A stretch of DNA of 64,000 nucleotides from Lingula anatina. Taxonomy: Eukaryota; Animalia; Brachiopoda. This document shows positions 35,621-47,414 of the stretch, piece by piece (position 1 is the stretch's first letter; the number at the start of each line of letters is the position of its first letter). The translations under genes and the position numbers were made by a program. The stretch spans positions 2,356,001 through 2,420,000 of the forward strand of contig CM120643.1 of assembly GCA_051362555.1 (NCBI GenBank). Reading direction: 5' to 3'. The notes beneath the pieces were generated by a model. That model was not told the DNA's origin. It searched no databases and saw only the letters and a list, made by a program, of their open reading frames with translations.

Positions 35621-36544
35621 ATGAAAGGTGTGTCGCGATTTGTGCTTCTTAACACAGGCGCTCGCATGCCGATTATAGGTCTAGGGACGTACAAAGCTAG
35701 TAAAACACAAGTCGAGAACGCTGTAGCGTTTGCCTTGGGTGCAGGGTACCGCCACATCGATACTGCTGTTAGTTACGAAAACGAAGACGCCATTGGTGAC
35801 GTTCTCCACTCTGTGATCAAAGCGGGTCAGCTCAAACGAGAAGATGTTTTCATCACGACCAAATTGCCGCCACCTTACATGGGGAGAGAACACGTTAAAC
35901 CGTGTATAGAGGAGTCCTTAGAGAAATTAAAAACCAAATACGTAGACATGTTTTTAATTCATAAACCTTGGGGAGAAGAATTCGTGAAATGGGGACAGGT
36001 CCGCGACTGTGCAATGCACCACCACGATTTCTTAGAGACGTGGGAAGTAATGGAAGAAATGTTCGATTCGGGTCTTGCAAAAGCCATCGGTGTTTCAAAT
36101 TTTAGCATACAGCAGATCGATCGAATTCTGTCCAAGGCAAATACAAAGCCTGCAAATTTACAAAGTGAATGCCATGCTTACTATCAACAGAGGACGCTGA
36201 GCCAATACTGCAAGCAAAACGGAATAGCATTTACTAGTTATGCAACTTTGGGCGGCGCACGGTTATACGGTGGCCCAATACTGTTGGAAGATCCTGTTAT
36301 TTTAGATATGGCTGCATCTTACAACAAGTCTCCAGCACAGATACTGCTGCGTAACCTCGTCCAGAGGGGGGTAATTGTAATCCCAAAAAGCGTAACACTA
36401 CAACGAATCGTTGAGAACTTTTCAATATTTGATTTTAATCTGAGTGATAGAGATATGGACAGGATTACAAATCTTGATAGAAATATCAGGTTTTATCCTT
36501 TTACCTATGCACAAAATCACCCTGAGTTCTGCTTTGAGTTTTGA
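35621..36544 (+). CDS. Aldo-keto reductase (AKR1A/AKR1B-like), intronless CDS
   Basis: MPIIGLGTY, GYRHIDTA..YENE..IG, REDVFITTKL, YVDMFLIH, KAIGVSNFS, SPAQILLR..QRG..VIPKS; catalytic D/Y/K/H present. Confidence 0.93.
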   Translation: MKGVSRFVLLNTGARMPIIGLGTYKASKTQVENAVAFALGAGYRHIDTAVSYENEDAIGDVLHSVIKAGQLKREDVFITTKLPPPYMGREHVKPCIEESLEKLKTKYVDMFLIHKPWGEEFVKWGQVRDCAMHHHDFLETWEVMEEMFDSGLAKAIGVSNFSIQQIDRILSKANTKPANLQSECHAYYQQRTLSQYCKQNGIAFTSYATLGGARLYGGPILLEDPVILDMAASYNKSPAQILLRNLVQRGVIVIPKSVTLQRIVENFSIFDFNLSDRDMDRITNLDRNIRFYPFTYAQNHPEFCFEF

Positions 36545-36677
36545 CCGGAAAGATGGGCATCATGAACAGGCCCCCAGCCTAGGAGGAGGGGAGGCAGGGT
36601 TTCCAAAGAACCACCCTTTTTCCTAGGAAAAGGTCTCTCTGAGCTAAATTTGATCTGGGTACAGAAAGGTTTAATTG

Positions 36678-37995
36678 CAGACTTGACGAAAGGCCAAAAA
36701 ATCTGTCAGACATTCGGTCTGACAAGCTTGAAAATTCTGTCAGACCGAAACAAAATCTGTCAGACCGAAGTAAAATAATAGAAATATGAACCATTATTCA
36801 TCTTTTCATGTGTATTTTCTAATGTTTTAAATCATCGACATTAAATCAAATATTAATTTTTTGATATATGTTTATTTGTAAAAAAGTAAAATAAGAAAGA
36901 AAAACAAAACAAAACAAAAAAATAGGCAAAAAATTACTTGCATAACAAGTTGTTTTTTATTTAATGAAAAAGACGCTGTGGAGTGACACAAGGACTAAAA
37001 ACAATACAAGTATGAAAAATGTGTAGCTAGTAATATCAAATGTATGTCCATAAAAACGTCTGTTAATCAGATAACCATTTCACACATTGTTTTTGGCAAT
37101 AACATATGCATTTTGAAACAGCACAGTAAGGCAGTCTCTTTCATCCAATTGAAGCTTTGACAGGGACTGTCCTGTCCGAGTCTAAGTTCCTTCTTCATTT
37201 TATTTCTTTTTTTATAAAAAGAAACTCAAACTGTGAGCTTTCATCAAGTTCATGTGTACTTTCTCCAACTCGTGATGAACGGTACATGCAAATACGTACA
37301 TATGTTCCATAATTTAAGAACCCGTAATAAAGCTGTAATATTTATGTTGCTTTTGATCAAAATGATAACTTAAGTACTCCTGACACTCGGCACACACTAT
37401 TTTCCTCTCCTACAGATCATAAGTTCGCCAGGGCCTACCTTCTTTCCAATTTTATTAAACTTCCGTTTCTCTTCCTCACTTCGTTTTCATTTTTGCCACG
37501 CTTTGCACCAACGAAGTGTTTAAAGTTCAACAACGTCATTTCTAAGCAAAAGGCTTATCCATGAGTACTGTGTACGACTGATAATGAAGAAACAGAGGAT
37601 CAAGTCTGTAAAAACGCAAATAGCACGAGCACATGTGTTGCGGCCATTTTGTTGTGTAGGGGTATTACGAAAACGAAAACGAGACTGTACATTACATCAT
37701 TCAGGAATCCCCCAACCTCAGCCAGTCACAAAATAGTATTTGTGGGTGAAACTGAGGTTAATAAATTATGTATAATTAGCTGGGAACTCCCCGAGATTTC
37801 CACCCCGTCTCTCTTTTTGAATGAAGTAAAATATATCGTCCAGAAAAGAAACAACAACGTATTTCTTATATTTACACATTCCCAGTCAGTTTGAAAACTC
37901 GCCGGACATAAGGTCCGACGATACAGGATTTTTTATCGGACCGAGACGAAATTTGCCAGGCATGTCCGACGGTCCGACGCCTTTCGTAAAGTCTG
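36678..37995. mobile_element. hAT-like non-autonomous element
   Basis: Imperfect TIR CAGACTTGACGAAAGG / CCTTTCGTAAAGTCTG with tctgtcagac/gtccgac subterminal repeats. Confidence 0.5.
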
Positions 37996-38129
37996 AATTG
38001 AAAAAGGCCCAATTTTTTGGAAAAAGAACCCCGTTGCGATCCCATCACCTGGTCTGTCTGTGTATTTTTTTCCTGACATTTGTGCATTGAATCAATGTTG
38101 CTGGGGTTTCTTTGTGTTATAAAAAGACA

Positions 38130-38830
38130 AAAAGCTGTCTAGGTGTATTGATGATCTACGAGGGTGGTTGATAAGAAATAATTTGAAAATCAATGATGGA
38201 AAATCTGTACTTGAAGTTGTAACCCAGTCACATAATCAGAAAATATCAGAAAAAAATTAACTCAAAATTGGTTCCAGTATCATAAAACCAATGCCCCATG
38301 CTAAATATCTTGGTGTTTTTTTTTTTTTTTTTTTTTTTTTTGTTTTTTTTTAGATAGAACACTTTCTATGAATAAGCAAATTGCTAGCATATGCAAGTCA
38401 GCAGTATATAACCTTAGGAACATGGGGACAATTCGTAATCACAACATCAGAACATCTCAGCTATATTATTAACCTGTACATCTGTGAGTAACCATATCAC
38501 CCCAGAGTTACATTGGCTACCTCTGCACCTCTGCAAGCCAGGATTTTATTTAAATTTCTAGTCTTTGTTCATGATGCTTTTTACAAAGTTGCACCAATAT
38601 ACTTAAGTGAATCAGTCACCCATTTAGTTTCCAGCAAGAAACCTGCGGTCTGTAGACAAATTGTTACTTAAGCCAGTAAAAATGCGCCTAAAATCTTACG
38701 GTGACATTTCTTTTAAATCAGCAGGCTCAAAGAAATGGAATATATTACCACTGGAAATCTGATCAATTGAGTCTACCTCAAGCATTTTAAAAAAGAATTG
38801 AAGACATATCTATTCAGGAAATTTTTTGAC
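38130..38830 (+). mobile_element. Decayed CR1/L2-type LINE 3' fragment
   Basis: Fragments reading NNLKIN, KYLGV, LHWLP, KWNILPLEI, FKKELKTYLF with frameshifts. Confidence 0.65.
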
Positions 38831-40160
38831 AAATCAACTTTTAAATTGATTTTACAAATGTTATAGTAAATGCATTTTTGCACTGTAAGAAATAAGGCTG
38901 TACTACCCATTATTTTTTCTGAGTGCAAATAAGGCTGTTTTTTCCTAGAATTGATTATTTTTTCTAACATATTTTAGTTTTGTACTGCAAGTGCTTTTAT
39001 GTGAGAATCCGTATGTTTTATCTAGAATACTCTTAAATTTTTTTGCCGTTACGCACTGTAATTATATTTTTCTGTTGCTAATAATTGATGACTTAAGTAA
39101 TTGTTTTATGTAAATGTAGTCTTCTGAAAATGTTATAATAAACTTTAGACTCAAAATAAATTTTATTATTATTATTATATTGATTACACTTTTTGATTGT
39201 GAGGGTCAATTGGTGGCACTGTTATGTCCAATAATCAATATAGGTGCCCCAAGGAAAAATAACATTTTTTATGTGAGGTTTACTTTTGCGCTTAGAATGG
39301 AGGAGAAACCCTGATCTTTTTTTATGAGCAAGTGTTTTAAATTACAATTTATTTTTAATTTAAATTTAAATTAAATCATAATACTTTGATGATAATCTAA
39401 CTTACTGCTTTGTATTTATTTTATTGTGAAGAAGTGGCTCAGTTTTTGAGAACAAGGATATCATGGCAGTATGGCACATTGATAATTGTTAAATTACAGA
39501 AACTATGACGTCATGAGTCCATCTAGTGATATGTGTACAGCAATAAGTAAATATAACATGAAGCAGTTATGTTTGGGATCAACTCCTGGCGCCATCTCGG
39601 TTTGTGCAGTTGCAGTCCCTGAGTTAAGCCGGGGGGGGGGGGGGGGGTCGATACACTAGGATTTCTTTATCTGCTTAGATATAGCAGAGATAAAGATTGC
39701 CATTTAGTGTTATTGGACTATCGTATAAAATAAAAACATCGTGTCGACTTTGCTAGCGTGAGCTGATAATTTTTTTTTCGAGGGGGGGGGGGGTGATTAG
39801 TGAACCTGAACAGCTATTGATCAACGCTGTTGAACGCCTATTTTATCACGACAATAATTATATTTACTACAATCCATTGGATGAATAATGTCTGGAAAGG
39901 CCTACTTATGACTGCATCATTGAATGGGCCAAAGAATTTCTTTGTTTGGTCGAACGCCGTAATTAGGGGCGCTTGTCTCTTGAAAATAAAAATAATAGCA
40001 AACGCTTGCGAAAGGTTGTAGTTCTCACCTTCGTCGACGTCCGTGCCAATTTCCATGACAACGTCTAAGGTACAGAGTTACGTCGGGAACCGATTAGTAT
40101 CTTACAACAAAGTTGCAAAACCGTTAAATTGCAGACCCACGCTTGCAGGGTGATGGTTAA

Positions 40161-43100
40161 GGCCCCTATTTCACACAGACCACGAATCCCACGAATCGCC
40201 AGGAATTGACAAATTTTAGGATTCGTGAGGATTCGTGAGATTTTGCCAATTTTCTGGTCTTATTCGACACGCTCACGATTCACATGCGATACAGGTACGA
40301 TAGTGTTACGAATATTCGTGGGATTCGGCTGGAATCGTGAGATTTTGCCAATTTTCTGGTCTAATTCGACACGCTCTACGATTCAGTTACGATACAGGTG
40401 CGATAGTGTTACGAATATTCGTGGGATTCGGCTGAAATCGCACGCATATTGTCCAGAAATTCACTACGATTTTTTGGAATCGGGAGTTCGTGGCCAAAAC
40501 TGTGAACAGCTCAAAATTTTTGCCACGAATTCCCGATTGATCAAGAATTGCAAGAACTTACTACGATTATATACCGCCATGACATGAAGCAAACAAACAC
40601 GTCTTTAGTGTCCAAATCATATACCTCAAGTGCCGACAAGGCACTCGGCGTTTATTTATATGCAAATCAGGCAGATGACTAAGTGTCACTGCTAGAGGCA
40701 ATTACGTACTATACACCTGTGTTTACTCGTTACAATCGAATGCACTTTACATAATACTGGCGTAATCACTTTTCTTTCTCTTTTTCTTTCTTTCTTTCTT
40801 TCTTTTTTTTTTTTATAAAAGGATTAAATAATGTATAATAACGGCAAAATCAATACAAAAACATTAGTGCAGTATGTACAGAGGTGTAACAGTAGAGTGT
40901 CAATGTCAAAGGTACATGGAAGTCTCCTCTCCGTTTATAGATAACTGAGTGTCAGATTCATAGGTATAAACTCTTTTAAGACATTATTACAAAACATAAT
41001 CAGTAAGATATCTGGGAGTTTGTCTTTTTCTCGTAGAACGTCTAAGAGTTTGAGCTGGTTGTTCACATAGATCTGATGGAGTTTCAACTTCACCATTTTC
41101 GTTGTTTTCGTCAACTTGAGGCTGAAATTCATGGAAAGAGTCAAAGTCATTGTAAGGTTCCTTGTCGTTGTCAGCAGTATTTACGTTTTCATAGTCTGAC
41201 AAAGATAAGTCCGAATCATCGGAGTTGTCACTACATAAATCGTTGACTTTTCTCCATTTATAAACGGGTACCTTATAACAGTCTGATTGTTTAACTCTAT
41301 AAGACATAGATCGTAGCTGATTTCCTATGAATTTTTGAACATTGCACCAGTGACCGTCGACTTTTACCACCATGTAGCGATCTCGGTCGTAATTCTTGGT
41401 CTTGTCGTGATGTAAATAAACGATATCTCCTACACTGAGATTGTTATCGTTGGCGCTTTGTTTTAAAGGCGCTTTAGATTGCATACTACTGTCGTGGTTT
41501 TTCGCTCTTATAGAATACTGATCAATAATCAGTTTTCTATCTGAAGTGGGAATTTGTTGACAGGTGAATTGATCCCTCTGAAAAAGCATTTCCCTCGCAG
41601 ACAAACCTCCTCGGCGCATTCTAGAATTGAGCTGAGCAACGCACAGGCTGAGAGTAGTTTGAGAAATAGAATCACGCGAGGGATCTTTGCGCAGAATTTC
41701 GTCTTGAAGTTCCTGAACTGCTTTTTCCGCCACTGGATTTTTATTGATGTTTTTGGGACGTCCTATTTCGATGACTAATCTAGACGATCGAAGGGACTCA
41801 TCTGATAGTAATGATTTGAATCCAGGAGCAGAATCAGTGCGAATGACAGCAAATGGACCGTCAAGTGGTCGCATTTCTGCACACAGTTGAATGAGACCTT
41901 CCCGTAAACTATCCTTAGTTTCGTCCTTCACAAAACACGCGGTTGTGAAAGAAGTGACCGTTTCTCTTACAATCAGTATATTTTGTGAGTGTCGTTTCAT
42001 AATATCAGCGGCAAATGATGCTCCAACTGTAGGTGGGGGTTCTTCTGAAGACTGTTCCTGTTGAAGATGAGGAATTTTTTTCAAGGAAGCACATCGATGG
42101 CATGAATGCGATGTCTCGTCGGCTTCTTTGTCTAAGTTCAACGCGTAAAAGTAGCGTTTTACTACGCTCTTAAGCTGATAACTGGACGGATGTTCTAGAC
42201 GGATGTGGAGAGCAGTAAGAAGTCCGCTTAACACCTGTCTGGGAACTACTATAAGATCACGTTCGTTTTCCAAAGGTGATTGACGGCGTACTACTAGAAG
42301 ACCGTCTTTTGCGATGGTAAGACCCTCAATGTGCAGATAACGTTTCACGTTAGACACTCCGTTGTTTTTTTTACTAGGTCGCGTACCTTGAGATAAGTGG
42401 GCCTTAGTTCGACGTAGATCGTAGCATTCTTGTTGAATTTGAAGCCATGCTTTCCGGTTGGTGAATGGTAGCTGTTTGATCTCGCTAAGAACATCGTCGG
42501 TGGAAACACTAGATACCACGCAGTTTTGTAGGTCATAGACAAAGCTGCAAACTTGACACTTCTGGCTTTGGCATTCTTTTGCGTTTCTACTTGCGAAATC
42601 AGTTGGAATATTATCTGAACCTGCCAGGTGTTGCACAGAAACGTGATATCTACTGGCTAAAGAGAGAAATGTGGACACTCGTGGACTTGCAGAAAACTCT
42701 CCTCTGCATAATTTAACATGTGCTTGTACGCAAGGCTTACTGTCAGTTAAAACATGCGTTTGGTGACTTGACTGTATAATATAGGGAGCGAAGTGTTTGA
42801 TCGCAGAAGCTATAGCTAACGCTTCCAGCTCACACGGTATCCAAGTGACCTGATGTTTTCGGAGTTTTGCGCTGAAAAATCCAGATAAACGAAGCTTATC
42901 TCCGCGTTTGGCGTACAAAGTTGCAGCAAGACCAGAGTGTCGAGAAGAGGCATCTGTCACAAGCCAAAGCTCATCGTTGATCCGAGGAATCATAATAGAA
43001 CGATGGTTGAGTAGAGCTTTCTTTGAATTTTCGAAGGCAACAACATTCTCCTCCGTCCATGACAGTTTATCTTGGGACTGTTTTCCGGCAGTCATGCTAT

Positions 43101-46100
43101 CTAGGGGAGCAAGTATCGAAGCACAGCCAGGTAGTACGCGTGCGAATGCTTTATAGGCACCAATGAAGGATCTGAGCGCGAAAACTGTCATGGGGCGGTC
43201 GCAGTTCGACAATGTAGATATACGGTGAGTGTTGGCAGAGAGAAAACCACTTCTCCAAGTCCATCCGAGGATTGTTGTTTCCCTTGGACAAATCACGGTT
43301 TTGGTCGGAGAAAGACGGAGATCACACTTGCTGAGAGCTCGTAGAACCTGTCGGAAATTATCCATCAGTTCTTTTACAGTTTCGCCGCCACAGTAAAGAT
43401 CGTCGGCGATCTTACAAACGACGCCTTTCATTATAAGATCACCAAGGACACGTGACATCATCTCTTCTAATGCTGTCTCCGACCCGGGCATTCCCATTGC
43501 TGAACGTGTGTAGACTCTTACTCCCTTGAAAGGAGTAGCAACTCCACAATATTTCATAGAATTCTTATCCAGTGGAATCTGATAAAAGGCACTGGATAAG
43601 TCAGTGGTAATAATGTGTTTCCATCCTCCAATGTTACGTAATGTTGAATTTACGTCAGGTAAAAGAGACGGTTGAGGTTTGCAATATTTTCCAACTTCGT
43701 TGAAAGCAGTAACCAAGCGGAACGAACCGTTGCTCTTTTTTACCAGAAATGAAGGGTTCAGATATTCGACATTCACACCCACATCTTCCGGTTTTGCGAA
43801 GACGCCAACACTCTCCAGAAAATCAAATTTCTCTTGTAGATCGACAAGTTTGTCTTTGCTATACTGGGGAATCCTGCCCTTCCTCTGGGCGGTTGAGTAG
43901 GACCCATGTTTACCACCGATTTAAAAGGTCCCATAGCACCGTTGTATCCGGGGATTGACGGGTTGAAAACATTGTCGTATGACACAAGTAGTGTCTGAAA
44001 ATCTTGTTTGTCCCCTGATGTTAACAGAGAATCTGGATCCAACTTTACGGCAGCAGAGTGAAGTACTGGTGACGCAATAGAAATGTTGGCAGGCGAAGTA
44101 TCCAAAGTGGATGGCTGGAAATCAAGCGATTTTTCACTATCGCTCACTGGACAGACAAAACCAATGTGAGAGTTGCGTTTCACAATACATGGTAGTCCGG
44201 TGTCGTTTGTAAGTCTTATTTTGTTATGAACTGATCTTACGACTTGCGGATTTAACCACACAGGCGAAGAATCATTGCCATAGACACATGGTTCAACGGC
44301 GAGTTCCTTCTCACCAATCAAATTATCAGGAATGACAGTTTCAATATAGTCTCCAGGCCAAAGCGTGGAATTTATTGGTCCCGCGCGAAGTATATGAGAC
44401 TGAGTACGTTTGATGTTTGCTGTAGATCGAACGTTTTTTCCAGCATCATACGTAATAGAAGAGCCATCTGAAAAAGAAATCAGCTTTCGGGCTGGTCTTA
44501 AAGTAATATCGTTCATCTCTAAAAATGGAGTTCCGGCCAAAATTTCGGTACTCAACTGGTCTACTACGAGAGCCTCCAGGAAAAACGATCTCTCATTTCG
44601 AGTGAGGTGTATACGAGTTTCACCTATAACGTTCAAGGTGGATTTCCCGTCTGCCTGGCTGGCTGTTTGTGACTTGTTAGGTAAGATGGACGCTCCTATC
44701 TCTATTGCAGTAGTCTGACTTATCAAATTAGACTCGGCACCACAATCGAGTGTTAAATGAACCGGGTGTTGATTGTGATAAGCATCGAAGCATGGCGAAG
44801 GACTAATGCGGACACGTTGAACCTCTGCGCTGGGAATCTCAAAATTTGAGTTGGTAGACACGTCTGCTACAACAATTTCCTCATCAGAGGATGGCTCTTC
44901 ATTGCACATAACCTGGTGAGTCCTGGTGATGTAAAGTTTATCTTGCTCGGGTAAAAATTTGCAAGTGCTGAGAAAATGATCGTAGCGTTGTCGACCGGCC
45001 TGTTTACAAAGCGGGCAAGAACGTTTTTTTTGCGTTGAAAATAGGAACGTGCTCCTTCACGGGAGAGAAAATTTTGGGTTTTTGCTTTGTAATTGCTCTC
45101 ATGGCACGAATTTCCTCGTGAGAATTCAATTGATCCAATAATGAATCTAAAGCTTGAGATATTTCAGGTTTGATTGAAGCGAGAGTTCGAGATCGTAACT
45201 CCGTTCCGTATCGCTCTTTCACTAGCAAGGGCAAATCTTTGTGAATTAACTTCAACCAGGTGAGTATGACAAAGTTTTCTAAAGAAGGCGAAATTTCTTC
45301 GTCGTCTGTCATAACCTCGTTGTGATGAGTAATACCACCATCGGCGGTGAGCAAATTGTCTTCTACAAACGCCATTAAACGCTGATATAAATCCTCCGGC
45401 CTCTCGTCGGGTTCAAGTTTTATTTGCGCAAAGTCTAGAAAGTGAGCGACGGTTGATTGAAAACCAAAGTGTAACCGAATAGACTGCCAAACAGAATTCA
45501 GACTGGTAGAGCTTTTCACAATTGATCCACGTGAAATTACTGGACAAAAGTTGGCTATTTGATTTAGCATAGACTCTAATTGGGTTACCTTTTGTTGTGC
45601 TGTGCGTCGTTGTCTCTCAGAAATGGTATCGTCGTCGTCGACAAATCCGCGTAGAGGATTTTGTTTGGTTTTCTTCAACCATGTCACACTACTTGACAAA
45701 AAGTGTGAAAATGTTGCATCTTGTGAGAGCAGAAACTCGAGATTTTGCTTCCACTTCTCGAAGGATCCTATTGTCTCCGTTTTTGTAAGCACCCATTGCT
45801 TTGGTGCTCTAAGTGAACTTGTATTTGTACTAGCCATTTTCAAATGTATCTCTGACGTACGTAGTTACGAAATTTTAAAAATACCGCTGCCACCACGCCA
45901 TGACATGAAGCAAACAAACACGTCTTTAGTGTCCAAATCATATACCTCAAGTGCCGACAAGGCACTCGGCGTTTATTTATATGCAAATCAGGCAGATGAC
46001 TAAGTGTCACTGCTAGAGGCAATTACGTACTATACACCTGTGTTTACTCGTTACAATCGAATGCACTTTACATAATACTGGCGTACGAATCTGTTAAGAA

Positions 46101-46350
46101 CTTCACGAACTGATTACGATTCAACCAAATTTTCAATTCCTGGCGATTCGTGGGATTCGTGGTCTGTGTGAAATAGGGGCATCAAAGTTTTTGCCACCCA
46201 TTCCTGTTGGTCAAGAAGTGCAAGAACTGACTACGAATATATATGAATCTGTTAAGAACTTCACGAACTGATTACGATTCAACCACGAATCGTGAAATTT
46301 GTCAATTCATGACCATTCGTGGGATTCGTGGTGTGTGTGAAATAGGGGCA
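40161..46350. mobile_element. Harbinger-like MITE with duplicated 3' end, host of the LTR element
   Basis: TIR GCCCCTATTTCACACA at 40162, with complements ending ~46180 and ~46350; TAA flanks; cacgaat subrepeats. Confidence 0.65.
40575..46083 (-). mobile_element. Full-length Gypsy/Metaviridae LTR retrotransposon (gag-PR-RT-RNaseH-IN), two frameshifts
   Basis: Identical 188-bp LTRs (40575-40762, 45896-46083); PBS-like TGGTGGCAGCGG; polypurine tract before the 3' LTR; CPLC..H..C knuckle, LDCGA protease, RT (DLSSAFYQI, MGM, IADD), RNaseH TDAS, integrase HHCC and D-D-E. Confidence 0.95.
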
Positions 46351-46997
46351 TAAAGCAACAAAAAGCAACCATTTTGCCTTTAATAGTATACTTATCGCAT
46401 CTCTTAAATGTCCTATTTACACTGTGGGTAGGTTCGTTAATTAATCGATTGATAACATGGTCTCCCCAAATTAAATCATATACTTCATTTTTTAGCCATC
46501 ACACTTTGCCCCCCCCCCCTCCCCCCCGGGTTTGGGGGCTTAATCTATTACTTTCTGTTGTAATTATAAAGTATTATAATTTATGTATTATAATCTCTTA
46601 TTCTATTGTTGTTCTGTCTAACAAATATGGCTAAAATAGAAATAAACTTTTATTGGGTTAAGTTTAAAACTTATTTTATAATATGAAAACAACTAATGTA
46701 AATGTGTCACATAAAATGGCTGATCTCCAAAGGATTATCACTAATAATTCTATTCGCCATTGTTGATTATTACTGAGCGACGAAAGAGATACTCATATCA
46801 GTAGATTTTGTGCTTCAAAGATAAAAGGACATTTTTATCAGTTTTTAAAGTAGTGTGTGTATATTATGTGCATTTGAACAGACTTTGGAACCGGCAAATA
46901 CGCTTGGCATGTTTATACTGAAGTAGGTTTTGTCACCCTGAGTTTCTAAGGGCATTGAAAACTGGCCTCTCTACCTGCAGCATGAAACTAGAAACTA

Positions 46998-47200
46998 TTT
47001 TATCATATCCTAACTTATTTTATCCTACCCTACCCTATCTTATACTATCCTATACCATCCTATCTTATCCTATCCTATATTATCCTACCCCATCCTATAT
47101 TATCCTACCCTATCCTATATTATCCTACCCCATCCTATATTATCCTTCCCTATCCTATATTATCCTACCCCATCCTATATTATCCTACCCCATCCTTACC
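46998..47200. repeat. Degenerate (TATCC)n microsatellite
   Basis: tatcctaccctatcctatat repeats. Confidence 0.85.
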
Positions 47201-47414
47201 CACCCTTTACAGTCCACCGTGAGGGCGCCACTTTTGGAAACGGCAACTGTCTGTTGAAATGTAGTAGAGAGATGAGTTTGCTATGTCCCTTGAACCCCAG
47301 GGTGGTTTCAGGAGACAAGTTAGTTAATGTTTTGCTTGACTAATTGGTATCACTTAAACAGTAACGTGTGAAGAAGACCGTTTATTAGCGTCCTTTAACA
47401 TTAAGTCTTCCGAG

